A stretch of 64,000 nucleotides of DNA from Candidatus Poriferihabitaceae bacterium (GTDB lineage Bacteria; Pseudomonadota; Gammaproteobacteria; Arenicellales; Poriferihabitantaceae): positions 1,052,692-1,116,691 of the forward strand of contig OZ243919.1 in assembly GCA_965213885.1 (NCBI GenBank). The letters are read 5' to 3'. The translations under genes were made by a program, and so were the position numbers. Positions 1 through 10,310 of the stretch are shown here, in pieces (the stretch's first letter is position 1; every line of letters begins with the position of its first letter). The notes beneath the pieces were generated by a model. That model was not told the origin of the DNA. It searched no databases and saw only the letters and a program-made list of their open reading frames with translations.

Positions 1-330
1 GTCGCAGTCTCCGCAACCAGGAAACGATTCAGGAACGCGATCTAATTTTTTCCCTGGCACTCAATCGCTATTCCGGCGGAGTGACTGGAACGGGTCTACC
101 CGCACAAGTCCGAGAGAGTCAATATGGAGGTCATTGGATACACATCCATACTCTCTTCCCCTGATGGCCGACGGCAATATTTCATGAATTCATCGATCCG
201 TGCTGATTCCGTCATGATTAATCAAATCTGTCCCCTAAATACGCATGAACTGTCACTTTTCTTGGGGTGGGCAATGTGAAAATATTGAACTCTTGCTACA
301 ACCACTTGTGTTGATCAGGAGGGTAAGAAA

Positions 331-1917
331 GTGAAAAGCATTATTCGTATATTATGTGCGGCCATTGCGTTGCTCGCACTAACCCCGGGTTTTGCCGAAC
401 CCAAAAGAGGGGGGGATTTGGTGCATGTTTACAGTCAGTTCCCGCCACACTTCAATTCCGGCATCAAATCGGGTGCAACGCTCTATGCCGGGGCTTCCAA
501 TATTTTCGTGGGCTTGGTGGAAATCAATGAAAATTTTGAAGCAGAGCCCTATCTCGCAAAAAGCTGGGAGATATCAGACGACGGATTGACGTATACGTTC
601 TACTTGGAAGAAGGCACGGAATTTCACGACGGTACACCGGTAACCTCAAAGGACGTGGCTTTCTCGTTGGGTGTATCAAAGGAAAACCATCCCTTCGGTC
701 CATCCATGTTCGGTGCCGTTGACCGAGTGGAAACGCCTGACGACCATACTGTTGTAATACAGCTGAAGAACCCGCATCCGGCCCTGCTGTACTCCGTGTG
801 CATACCGCTCTTGCCGATTCTTCCGGAGCATGTTTACGGTCCTGACAACGGTCCGATTCGAGATAATCCTGCCAATATCCAGGCAATCGGATCAGGTCCC
901 TTCAAGGTAGCTGAATATGTTCCCGGCAAGAGCTATATCCTGGAACGTTACGACAATTTCATGCGTCCGGGGCAGCCCTATCTCGATCGTTACATTGGCA
1001 TAAAGAACAGTAGTGCCAGTGGATCCGTAATCGCCTTGAGCCAGGGACAAGCCCATGGTTGGTCATTCGTTGGGGATCCCCACACGGTCGACAGGCTGAA
1101 GAAGGAGGAGAACCTTCATGTCACCTCGCAAGGTTACCAGGGTATCGGTGAAACCGCTTTCATTGAATTCAACCTGCGCAAGGAATACACGGGTGATCAC
1201 AAGGTCCGTCAGGCGATCGCGTATGCCATCGATGATGATTTCATTACCCAGAAAATGCATCTGGGAGTGACCAGCAAAGCGACCGGGCCCATCCACTCAT
1301 CCAGCCCGTTTTACACCGATGAGGTCAATCAGTACGCAGTTGACATCGAGAAGGCGAACCAGCTATTGGATGAGGCGGGTTATCCGCGCCAAGACGACGG
1401 TATGCGCTTTTCGCTCAATCTGACGTACCAGCCAGGCGTGGACTGGGAGCAGAAGAATATTGCTGAGTACATGAAGCCGCAGCTCAAGAAAATCGGAATT
1501 GACATCAATCTGATACCGCCGGCTGATTTCCAGGACTGGTATCAGTCCATTGCAGCCTGGGATCACGACATGACGGCAAACAACAACTTCAGTTGGAGTG
1601 ATCCGGTGATCGGAGTTTACCGTATGGTGTTGTCAACCAATATCAAGAACCGGGTCTGGACAAATACCTCCGGATATATCAATGAGGAGGTCGACAGGCT
1701 CCTGCATGCTGCTGCCGTTGAAACTGATATGAACAAACGCAGGGATTTGTACGTTGAATTCCAGAAGATTCTGGCACAGGATCTGCCCGTCTATTTCACG
1801 ATTCAAAGCAATTTCCATAGTGCCTACAACAATGAGTTGATGAACACCCCAACCGGGATCTACGGTGCAATTGGCGCCATGCATAGTGTCTACTGGAAAA
1901 ACGGAAAAGCCCCCTAA
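331..1917 (+). CDS. ABC transporter substrate-binding protein, family 5 (Dpp/Opp/Nik-type)
   Basis: 528-aa ORF with a GTG start 9 nt after AGGAGG. It has an N-terminal Sec signal (MKSIIRILCAAIALLALTPGFA). Its size and layout are typical of SBP_bac_5, and it is followed by two permease and two ATPase genes. Confidence 0.85.
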   Translation: MKSIIRILCAAIALLALTPGFAEPKRGGDLVHVYSQFPPHFNSGIKSGATLYAGASNIFVGLVEINENFEAEPYLAKSWEISDDGLTYTFYLEEGTEFHDGTPVTSKDVAFSLGVSKENHPFGPSMFGAVDRVETPDDHTVVIQLKNPHPALLYSVCIPLLPILPEHVYGPDNGPIRDNPANIQAIGSGPFKVAEYVPGKSYILERYDNFMRPGQPYLDRYIGIKNSSASGSVIALSQGQAHGWSFVGDPHTVDRLKKEENLHVTSQGYQGIGETAFIEFNLRKEYTGDHKVRQAIAYAIDDDFITQKMHLGVTSKATGPIHSSSPFYTDEVNQYAVDIEKANQLLDEAGYPRQDDGMRFSLNLTYQPGVDWEQKNIAEYMKPQLKKIGIDINLIPPADFQDWYQSIAAWDHDMTANNNFSWSDPVIGVYRMVLSTNIKNRVWTNTSGYINEEVDRLLHAAAVETDMNKRRDLYVEFQKILAQDLPVYFTIQSNFHSAYNNELMNTPTGIYGAIGAMHSVYWKNGKAP

Positions 1918-2743
1918 AGGCGAATTCGATTCTCACTGTGCCGGAAATTTTTCCGCCAGAAACAGCCGGGCGCACACTGGAATCCGGCTTGTTGCGACAG
2001 ACCGCTACGGTTGGATTCCGCAAAGCCGCCTTTATGTGAGTCGGTCTTTGTACTGATAAGATGAATTGGTCGTTGTCGGCGGACCTCTCGGTCCGCCCTT
2101 CGACTGTCCCAGGCCTTTGTTGTGAACGGGTTTTCATACCCCTCCAGGGTTTTGTGGGATGGATACACCAGTCTCGGTTAAGGGATGGAAACGAGAGGTA
2201 GTCCCAGTGTCGTTTGTGAAATTCACCGAGAGAATTGCCCCATTCAATCGGTTGGCGGTAGACGCTTGGACGACGGTGTCGTCCTTCGGGCATCGTACTT
2301 GGTTGATTGGATGCCAGAGTAGGGTGGAGCCGGGCCGGAGTTGACGCGATACAAGCACTCGGCGGGTTGCTCCACGCGATCGGAAACCCCGCCTGATTTA
2401 CGGCAACCACGGCCCGGTACTCGTGTCCGCGAAGGTTCGGGCACAGAGGATTCAAAGACATGTCGATCCACATTACACTCGGGCTAGATCCGGCTGCAAA
2501 ACCGGTACGGGAAGATCCGGCCAGTCAGCGGGGTACTTCCTTGAGGTGTCGATTTTTCAAATTCCGAAGTTGTTATGGTCTAATTAGGCAAGGTGCCTTG
2601 CATAACAAGGGGCGGGCTTCCGTACGAATCATTGTGACTGGCAAACCGCAGTTTTAATGCCTGTTCTTGTCATCTTCTGAAATCGGTAAGTGCCGAGGGA
2701 TTACTTTCTGTCCGGTCTTCGTCTTCGAATGAGGTAACAATCC

Positions 2744-3712
2744 TTGAAAACAATCCTTGTCGGCCTGAACCGGACAATCTACTCCCTGGTGCTGTTGCTC
2801 GCCGTTATCGTCCTGAATTTTGTCCTGGTCCACATCGCCCCTGGCGACGCGGTGACGGCAATGATCGGTGATATGGGCGGCGCAACCCCGGAACTGGTGG
2901 CCGAGCTTCGGGCGGACTATGGGCTTGATCAGAGTCTCTTTACACAGCTTCATACCCATGTCTGGAAAATGATGCGTGGTGATTTTGGTATTTCGTTCAC
3001 CCACCGGGTGCCCGTGAGAGATTTGATTCTGGATCATCTGCCGGCCACCATTCTGCTGGTAACAACCGCGTTTTTCCTTGCCATCATAACCGGCACCATC
3101 CTGGGAATCATTGCGGCTCAAAAACCGAAAAGCTTGGTCAGCCATGTGGTCACTGTTCTCTCCCTGTCGGGCTTTTCAGCACCGATATTCTGGACCGGTT
3201 TAATGCTGTTGATCGGCTTCGCCTATTTGCTGCCGCTGTTTCCGGCTTCCGGAATGAGGACACCCGGATTTCAGGGTACGGGCCTGGAAGCGTTTGTTGA
3301 TGTTCTCAAGCATCTCATCCTCCCGGCGGTGACCCTGGCCAGCGTATATATAGCGGTATATAGCAGATTGGCCAGGGCCAGTATGCTGGACGTACTGGGA
3401 TCTGATTACATCAGGACCGCTCGGTCAAAGGGCCTGTCCCGGCGGGTCGTCGTGTACAAACATGCCTTGAAGAACGGAATCCTGCCGGTAGTTACCATGG
3501 CCGGACTTCAGTTTTCACAGTTGATTGCCGGGGCTGTTGTGGTGGAAACCGTGTTCAGTTGGCCCGGGATCGGACAACTGGCCTTCAACGCAATTCTGCG
3601 CCGGGATCATCCACTCCTTCTGGGGATCCTTTTTTTCTCCACTCTCATGGTGGTGGTAGCAAACCTGATCACCGACTTTTCGTATCGAGTTCTGGATCCC
3701 CGAATCAAGTAG
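2744..3712 (+). CDS. ABC transporter permease (DppB/OppB-like)
   Basis: 322-aa multi-TM ORF with a TTG start 10 nt after GAGG. The N-terminus (...VLVHIAPGD...) and the BPD_transp_1 layout are typical of DppB/OppB. Confidence 0.85.
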   Translation: MKTILVGLNRTIYSLVLLLAVIVLNFVLVHIAPGDAVTAMIGDMGGATPELVAELRADYGLDQSLFTQLHTHVWKMMRGDFGISFTHRVPVRDLILDHLPATILLVTTAFFLAIITGTILGIIAAQKPKSLVSHVVTVLSLSGFSAPIFWTGLMLLIGFAYLLPLFPASGMRTPGFQGTGLEAFVDVLKHLILPAVTLASVYIAVYSRLARASMLDVLGSDYIRTARSKGLSRRVVVYKHALKNGILPVVTMAGLQFSQLIAGAVVVETVFSWPGIGQLAFNAILRRDHPLLLGILFFSTLMVVVANLITDFSYRVLDPRIK

Positions 3713-3716
3713 GCAT

Positions 3717-4592
3717 ATGAACGACAGGGAAAAATTGAATGCAGCAGTTCGGCCGGATCGCCCCATTGCCGATCTGTGGCATCTGTTTTTTGCCAACAAA
3801 GCGGCAGTTCTCGGCTTGGCGTTATGGCTCATCGTAGTATTCACGGCGATTTTCGGGCTGACGATCCATCCCGGTGATCCCTTTGCGATGGTCGGGGCTC
3901 CAATGACGCCTCCGGGTGAGGAATTTCTACTGGGAACAGACTATCTTGGTCGGGACGTCCTGACCGGCATCATACACGGGGCTTCCATCACTCTGGCCAT
4001 CGGTTTTTCCGCGACTATCTGCACGGCCTTGATCGGGGTAATCATCGGTGTACTGGCCGGCTACTACGGCCGCTGGGTCGACAACCTGCTGATGCGCGTG
4101 ACCGAATTCTTTCAGGTGTTGCCTCCCATGTTGTTTGTCATGGTGCTGATTTCCCTGTTTACCCCCAGCATCTACCTGATTGTCCTGGCAATCGCCATCG
4201 TAAGCTGGACAGGCATGGCACGATTGACGCGGGCGGAATTCTTGAAGATCAAGGAAATGGAATACGTCAAGGCGGAACGGGCCATGGGAGCCAGAAACGC
4301 GAGCATCATGGCGAAAGTGATACTCCCCAACGCGCTGCCCCCCCTGATCGTTGCCATTGCCCTGAATGTCGGCACTGCGATTCTGTTTGAAGCGGCTCTG
4401 AGTTTTCTCGGATTGGGAGATCCCAACGCCTATAGTTGGGGATACATGATTGGTTCTTCCAGGGAATACATCTGGGATTCCTGGTGGACAATTACGTTCC
4501 CGGGATTTGCAATTTTCCTGACCGTACTGGGTGTCAGCCTGGTTGGCGACGGCCTGAACGATGCTCTGAATCCCAAATTGAGAGAACTATGA
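3717..4592 (+). CDS. ABC transporter permease (DppC/OppC-like)
   Basis: 291-aa multi-TM ORF starting 4 nt after the previous stop. It has the OppC-type N-terminal region (LGTDYLGRDVL). Confidence 0.85.
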   Translation: MNDREKLNAAVRPDRPIADLWHLFFANKAAVLGLALWLIVVFTAIFGLTIHPGDPFAMVGAPMTPPGEEFLLGTDYLGRDVLTGIIHGASITLAIGFSATICTALIGVIIGVLAGYYGRWVDNLLMRVTEFFQVLPPMLFVMVLISLFTPSIYLIVLAIAIVSWTGMARLTRAEFLKIKEMEYVKAERAMGARNASIMAKVILPNALPPLIVAIALNVGTAILFEAALSFLGLGDPNAYSWGYMIGSSREYIWDSWWTITFPGFAIFLTVLGVSLVGDGLNDALNPKLREL

Positions 4593-5581
4593 AGCAGGAA
4601 CCGTTACTGCAGGTCAATGGATTGTGTGTGGATTTCTCCACCAAGGCCGGCCGTGTCCGGGTGCTGAATCAACTGAACCTCCACCTTTTACCGGGCGAGG
4701 CGCTGGGAATCGTCGGTGAAAGTGGCTGCGGGAAAAGTATGACAGCTCTGTCGATCATGCGCCTGGTGCCTGTACCGCCGGGTAATATCACCGCCGGCCG
4801 GATATTGTTGAATGGCACCGATATTCTGCAGTTGACGGAAAGCGAGATGGAGGATGTCCGGGGTAACGAGATTTCCATGGTTTTCCAGGAGCCCATGACA
4901 TCGCTGAATCCGGTTTTCACAATCGGCACTCAGGTATCCGAAAATATCCGACGGCATCAGTCGACAACCTCCGCACAGTCAAAGGAGAAAACCCTGCAGA
5001 TGCTCGAAGCTGTCGGCATCCCGGCTCCCGAACAGAGGATCAACCAATATCCACATGAACTCTCTGGCGGTATGCGTCAGCGTGTCATGATAGCCATGGC
5101 GCTTTCCTGTCAGCCCAGCGTACTGATCGCCGATGAACCAACGACCGCTCTGGACGTTACGATCCAGGCGCAGATATTTGAACTGCTAAGGCACATTCAA
5201 GAAGAAATGGGGACTGCGGTGATACTAATTACCCATGACATGAGCGTCATCGCCGAATTTGCCGACCGCGTGGCAGTCATGTATGCAGGCCGCAAGATAG
5301 AGGAGGGGCTGGTGAGGGACATTATTGACAATCCCCGTCATCCCTACACGCAGGGCCTTATCAACTGCGTGCCGGTTCTCAAGAAGGATCCCGGGCCTGT
5401 ACGGGTAGAACTCAACGAAATTCCGGGTGTTGTGCCCAATATGGCGCAATTGGGAACCGGCTGTTCATTCGCCCCTCGCTGTCACAAGGTCATTGATCGA
5501 TGCCATGAGGAAATCCCGCCCGAAGAACCGGTTGGCGAGAACCATTACGCCAGCTGCTGGCGGGTTGGGGAGGCCGTATGA
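4589..5581 (+). CDS. ABC transporter ATP-binding protein (DppD/OppD-like)
   Basis: The ATG at 4589 overlaps the upstream stop (ATGA), so the ORF-track start at 4436 is an over-extension into the permease gene. Motifs seen are Walker A GESGCGKS, signature LSGGMRQR, Walker B LIADEPTTALD and the C-terminal oligopeptide-ABC extension. Confidence 0.85.
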   Translation: MKQEPLLQVNGLCVDFSTKAGRVRVLNQLNLHLLPGEALGIVGESGCGKSMTALSIMRLVPVPPGNITAGRILLNGTDILQLTESEMEDVRGNEISMVFQEPMTSLNPVFTIGTQVSENIRRHQSTTSAQSKEKTLQMLEAVGIPAPEQRINQYPHELSGGMRQRVMIAMALSCQPSVLIADEPTTALDVTIQAQIFELLRHIQEEMGTAVILITHDMSVIAEFADRVAVMYAGRKIEEGLVRDIIDNPRHPYTQGLINCVPVLKKDPGPVRVELNEIPGVVPNMAQLGTGCSFAPRCHKVIDRCHEEIPPEEPVGENHYASCWRVGEAV

Positions 5582-6546
5582 AATCCGAGATTTCCCTGAA
5601 GGTTGATGATCTCCGAACTTATTTCAAGGTTCGCAGACCCCACCTGCTTGCGGAGCAGCCAACCGTGTACGCAGTGGATGGCGTGAGCTTTGAAATCGAG
5701 TCGGGTAAGACTCTCGGCCTGGTTGGAGAAAGCGGCTGCGGAAAATCGACAACCGCTTTCTCTGTACTTCGTCTGGTTGAGCCAACTTCCGGTTCGGTGG
5801 TTCTCAAGGGGGTCGATGTCTGCCGGCTGAATGAGAATGCCCTGCGGAATTATCGCCGCCATATGCAGATCATTTTTCAGGATCCCTATTCCTCCATGAA
5901 CCCTCGAACAACCGCGGGCGAAATCATCAGGGCTCCCCTGAAAATCCTCAAAATCGGGACACCAAGAGAACAGCACGAGAGGGTGGCGGAACTGCTCAGT
6001 CTGGTGGGATTGCGTCCTGAACAAAAGAATCTTTTTCCACACCAGTTTTCGGGCGGCCAACGACAACGAATCTGTGTTGCCCGTGCACTGGCTCCGAATC
6101 CTGACTTTATCGTCTGCGACGAACCTGTTTCCGCCCTGGACGTCGCGATTCAGTCACAAATACTCAATCTGTTAGCGCGACTGCAGAGGGAGTTCGGCCT
6201 GACCTATCTGTTTATTTCTCATGATATGGCAGTTGTTCAGCATATATGCGACGAAATCGCTGTCATGTATCTGGGCAGAATCGTAGAGAGGGCGGATCGC
6301 CGATCACTCTTCCTGGATGTAAAACACCCTTATACCAAGGCGTTGCTGTCGGCTGTCCCGACAATGGGCAGGGTAACTGAACGTTCATCCACCCCCATTA
6401 GAGGAGATGTGCCTAGCCCCATGAATCCTCCGTCAGGCTGCCATTTCCATACACGATGTCGTTTTGCAGAGAAGCGCTGCAGTGTGGAGAAGCCCGTTTT
6501 ACGGGAAGTTGTCCCCAATCATTGGGTTGCCTGCCATCTAGTCTGA
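5578..6546 (+). CDS. ABC transporter ATP-binding protein (DppF/OppF-like)
   Basis: The ATG overlaps the upstream stop. Motifs seen are Walker A GESGCGKST, signature FSGGQRQR, Walker B IVCDEPVSALD and the C-terminal HPYTKALL...C.FHTRC extension. Confidence 0.85.
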   Translation: MKSEISLKVDDLRTYFKVRRPHLLAEQPTVYAVDGVSFEIESGKTLGLVGESGCGKSTTAFSVLRLVEPTSGSVVLKGVDVCRLNENALRNYRRHMQIIFQDPYSSMNPRTTAGEIIRAPLKILKIGTPREQHERVAELLSLVGLRPEQKNLFPHQFSGGQRQRICVARALAPNPDFIVCDEPVSALDVAIQSQILNLLARLQREFGLTYLFISHDMAVVQHICDEIAVMYLGRIVERADRRSLFLDVKHPYTKALLSAVPTMGRVTERSSTPIRGDVPSPMNPPSGCHFHTRCRFAEKRCSVEKPVLREVVPNHWVACHLV

Positions 6547-6635
6547 ACCCCGGAGCACTGGGTTCGATTGATACGCTCGGGAATGGTTTGGGTGAAAATT
6601 GAGATCAAAAGCCCGGGATTCAACGCCTGCCGTTT

Positions 6636-7781
6636 CTAGCGCAGACTGCCCACAAAGGCCCGCAGGTCATCGATAAAAAGTTCCGGTTCTTCCATCGCCC
6701 CGAAATGGCCGCCGCGGGGCATCTCCGTCCACCGGTGTACATTGTAGAGCCGTTCAACATAACTGCGGGGTGGCCAGGCCAGTATTTCCTTCGGAAACAG
6801 GGCGCATCCGGTTGGCACTTCCACCCGTTTCCCTTCCGGTGACAGGGTGCGCCCCCCTTCCTCGCGTCGACCGTAGTAGATCCACGAAGCCGTGTTGAAG
6901 GTTCGGGTCACTACATAGACCATGATGTTGGTAAGCAACTCGTCTTTGGTATGTGCGCTTTCAATGTCATCCCCATCGATATCCGACCATGAATTGAATT
7001 TTTCGATAATCCACGCGGCGACACCAACCGGGCTATCCATCATTGCATAACTCAAGGTTTGCGGTCGGGTGGCCTGCTGGATTCGGTACCCGTTCTCGAT
7101 TTCCTGTTCCCGTTCAAATTTTTCCGCCCAGGCCTCTTCCTCCGCGCCCTGTGGGCCGGCCGGATGTCGCATGGTCAATATGCTGATATGAATTGCCCTG
7201 CAAGCCGGGTGTTCCAGACCCAGCCAGGACGAGATGGCGCCGCCCCAATCCCCTCCCTGTGCAACGTAGCTGTCGTAACCCAGTATCCCGGTCATCAGGG
7301 TGTTGAGGACATCCGCCATTTTACGCGGGCCATAGGGTCGTGGAGGACGGCCAGAGAAACCAAAACCCGGCAACGAGGGCGCTACAACGGTGAATGCGTC
7401 TTCTATTTTCCCGCCATGTCGTTCAGGATGCGCGAGTGGATCGATGATCTCCATAAACTCGACGATCGACCCCGGCCAGCCGTGACTGATGATCAACGGA
7501 GTCGGCGAAGGACCACTGCCGATTTTGTGAATAAAGTGAATGTCGATGCCATCGACCTGCGCCACGAACTGTGGAAAATTGTTGATCGCAGCCTCCTGTT
7601 TTCGCCAGTCGAATTCGCTAATCCAGTATGTCGCGATCTCCTGCATGTAATCCAGATTGGTGCCGTATTTCCAGCCTCCGTCGTCCGGCATCTCGTGCCA
7701 TGGGTAAGCCGCGACTTTCGCACGGATGTTGTCCAGAGTCTCGTTGGGAACGAAAACCTTGAATGGCTGAGGGGTGGTCAT
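6636..7781 (-). CDS. Epoxide hydrolase family alpha/beta hydrolase
   Basis: The ORF runs 6636-7814, and the likely start is MTTPQPF at 7781. It shows the N-terminal epoxide-hydrolase domain pattern, the HGWPGS oxyanion motif and the GGDWG nucleophile elbow. Confidence 0.75.
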   Translation of the reverse strand: MTTPQPFKVFVPNETLDNIRAKVAAYPWHEMPDDGGWKYGTNLDYMQEIATYWISEFDWRKQEAAINNFPQFVAQVDGIDIHFIHKIGSGPSPTPLIISHGWPGSIVEFMEIIDPLAHPERHGGKIEDAFTVVAPSLPGFGFSGRPPRPYGPRKMADVLNTLMTGILGYDSYVAQGGDWGGAISSWLGLEHPACRAIHISILTMRHPAGPQGAEEEAWAEKFEREQEIENGYRIQQATRPQTLSYAMMDSPVGVAAWIIEKFNSWSDIDGDDIESAHTKDELLTNIMVYVVTRTFNTASWIYYGRREEGGRTLSPEGKRVEVPTGCALFPKEILAWPPRSYVERLYNVHRWTEMPRGGHFGAMEEPELFIDDLRAFVGSLR

Positions 7782-8061
7782 GACATGAAGCCGTAAAGCA
7801 TAAATTATCTTCAATTAACGCAAAAATCTGTCGGCATCGTCGAGAGACAGATTGAAGTTTTTTGGAGGACAGAATCTGCCGGCGACACTGGGTATTCCAT
7901 CACCACTTTCGGGCTGGAGCACAGGTTGCCCGGCGCAGGATACCCTGTAAGCGTCTGGAATACCTGTTTTGATCAACGCGGGACGCCTGGCAACGGGAAT
8001 TACGGGAAGGTCCTTTCAACCAGAAAATAAGATTGCCGTCCTCGTCAAACGGTGTTTCGTT

Positions 8062-9521
8062 TTAGATCTGGCGCTTGACTTCTTCTGAAATAATTCGAAT
8101 TCCTTCCTCAAGCTTTTTCAGGGGCACAAACGCAAATCCAAGCCTGAAACTTCGCTGATCTTTTTTCAGGCTGAATCTTTCCCCGATATCGATCAGGACA
8201 CCCCGTTCACGAAGTCGCTCGCCGAGTTCTGTGGAGTTGAAACCCTTTGGCCCGGTCAGCCAAAAACAGGTGCCGCCCTTGGTCGGTGCTTTTTCAAGCA
8301 TCCCCAGGTGCTCGTTGATCGCATCATTCATGACATGCCATCGCCGCTTGTAACGCCGCTCGATGTTCCGTAAATGAGAATCGTAATAGCCGAGCTGAAA
8401 AAAAAGCGCCACTACTTCCTGCACAATCGTCGGCGCATGGCGCATGATCACGCCCCTGACTATCCTGGCCTGCCGGATAATGTCCCGATGAGCTACCATG
8501 AAACCCAGACGTAGCCCGGGGGACAGGGTCTTTGAAAGGCTGCCAACATAGATCACGCGACCGTTCTTGTCCAGTGATCTTAAGGACTGCGACCGATTGT
8601 TGAAAAAGTTCATTTCGGCCTCGTAGTCATCCTCGATGATCAAAAATTCCTTGCGACTGCCGCTTCAAGCAAATTCTTCCGACGTTGATTCGACATGGTC
8701 ACCATAGTGGGAAACTGGTGGCTGGGAGTGGTGAAAACCAGCTGGCAGTTATCGGGAATCCGCGACACGATCAAGCCATGTTTGTCAACAGGTACCCCGA
8801 CAACCTTATTTCCGGCAAGCTGAAACGCATTGCGGCCATAGGAGAATCCCGGATCTTCGATGGCAATGGGTTTCTTCTTGTGAGCAAACGTCGCGCCAAT
8901 GATATAGAGCGCATTCTGGGCCCCGAGGGTAATCAACACCTCGTCTTTGTTTATGTAAATACCGCGAGTGCTCAACAGGCGTTGTCGCAATTGCTGCAAC
9001 AAGTGCGGGCTGTCGCTTTCGACAGAGTCGTCTCTCCATGCGGGCATCTTTGTTCGCCTCAATGCAAGTCGGGTGCACTCGCGCCAGCTTTCAACCGGAA
9101 ACAGGTCAGGGTCAATCTGGTTGTAAATGAAGGGAAATGAATAGCTTTTCCAGTTCAGCGGGTTGTCGACTGGCACTAATCCCAGGGGTTTGAGCTTGAC
9201 TGGTGCAGGAATATCAGTGAGATCTTCGCGATGACCGTGCAGATCCACTTCCTGCCCCTGTTCACGGGCAATCGGATTTACGAAGTAACCGGATCGATTC
9301 TTTGCGACCAGCAATCCGAGGTCCATCAGGCGATTGTAGGCGGAAAAAACCGTGTTCCTGGATACCCCAAGCTGTTCGGCCAATTCGCGACAGGAGGGCA
9401 ACCGCTTTTCCGTCGATAGTGCTTGGCTGGTAATTGCGGAACTCAGCATCTCGCATATCTGATCGCGCAATCCCAGGCTTGATTCTTCCGGCAATACGAA
9501 CATTGGGGTTATTGAATCCAT
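8062..9521 (-). pseudogene. MocR-type (GntR HTH + aminotransferase-fold) transcriptional regulator, interrupted by a 1-nt frameshift
   Basis: Two abutting ORFs (9521-8640 and 8643-8062) lie in different frames. Together they give a full MocR architecture. The break lies in an A5 run (+ strand 8642-8646), and one extra base restores ...ARNFLIIEDDYEAE... Confidence 0.75.
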
Positions 9522-9628
9522 AACTTTTCCTCCATCAATTGATGTCTATCGGTTCATTTTCTCCGAATTCGAATCTTTCCCGATTTTGTCACTGTTGATT
9601 GCAACTGCCCCCTAGGTTCTGACAGTGA

Positions 9629-10022
9629 ATCTTTGTTGCAAATTGTAGCCATGTAGTAGGAGCCAGGCGACCACCTTATCTTCACTCAGCGAACGCGCTG
9701 GTCCTGAAGTCCCAATCGTGTTGAGCACTGATCAGTTGCCAGCCCGAATTATAGAGATTCTGGACAACGGTGTGAGAAGAGACAAATCTCTGGGTCAGTT
9801 TCATGACTTGAACCGTCACATTACTCGCTTCCTGAATCTGCTCTCCTCGTATGATAGTTCCGCCCGATTGTGTCCAAACTGAGTTGTACCGTGGACGGAT
9901 ACCGGCATTACTTCCCCATCTGAGATCCTGTAATTATGCAGCCTATCCGTTACTATTTTCCTTGGGCCGTCTCCACGGTTTCGGGGCGGGCAGCAGTGTC
10001 CAACTCGGAAAAAGAACTGAAA
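9629..10022 (-). mobile_element. IS6/IS26-family insertion sequence remnant (C-terminal third of the transposase plus one terminal repeat)
   Basis: Minus-strand translation in two frames matches IS6 transposase C-termini. One frame gives ...PRKIVTDRLHNY...FGHNRAELSYEESRFRKRVM and the other gives ...QRFVSSHTVVQNLYNSGWQLISAQHDWDFRTSAFAE*. The IS26-like inverted-repeat core TGTTGCAAA lies at 9634-9642, about 40 nt past the stop. The N-terminal two thirds are missing. Confidence 0.55.
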
Positions 10023-10310
10023 ATCCCCATGTACATAGTTCAAAAGGGCCCTCACGCAAACCATGAATTCCATCATCCAGGATGACCAGTTGTACAAACA
10101 GTTCGTGGACAACGACAGCTTCCGGCGTTGGATGACCGATAATGGATTCGTCTTGGCTGAACGGTCGGGCGCTTATCCAGAGCGCATGCCACCAGAGTCC
10201 AAAGAAGATGCAAGGTGGCTTCCGGCCAGATGCAGACAATGACGACGGATTTTAGCGCCTGTCTGAACAACAGGTGCCTGGGATCGAAGGCCCTGCCCAT
10301 ACAATCGCTT

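Noticed and set aside
55-69. Sigma-54-like TGGCAC-N5-CGCT upstream of the ABC operon
   Set aside because: The GG-to-GC spacing is one base short of the -24/-12 consensus, the TTGC element is absent, and the site lies about 270 nt from the gene.
1918-2743. Specific identification of the operon spacer as a group II intron, a cobalamin riboswitch or RNase P-like RNA
   Set aside because: I could not find a credible domain V (catalytic AGC stem plus GNRA loop), a 5' GUGYG, or a B12-box core. The spacer is kept only as an unexplained structured-looking interval.
4436-4588. Track-predicted 5' extensions of real genes. Examples are 4436 for the dppD-like gene, 15263 for the kinase, 23305 for pgpA, 29062 for the oxidoreductase, 30504 for icd, 36423 for meaB and 39948 for selU.
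   Set aside because: The extensions run inside the preceding gene, and family-typical N-termini begin at internal starts that abut or overlap the upstream stop.
10063-10238. 58-codon plus-strand ORF called as a type I restriction R-subunit C-terminal fragment
   Set aside because: It is not listed as a feature because the resemblance (…FVDNDSFRRWMTDNGF…) rests on memory of a short motif only. It is discussed within the IS-scar finding.
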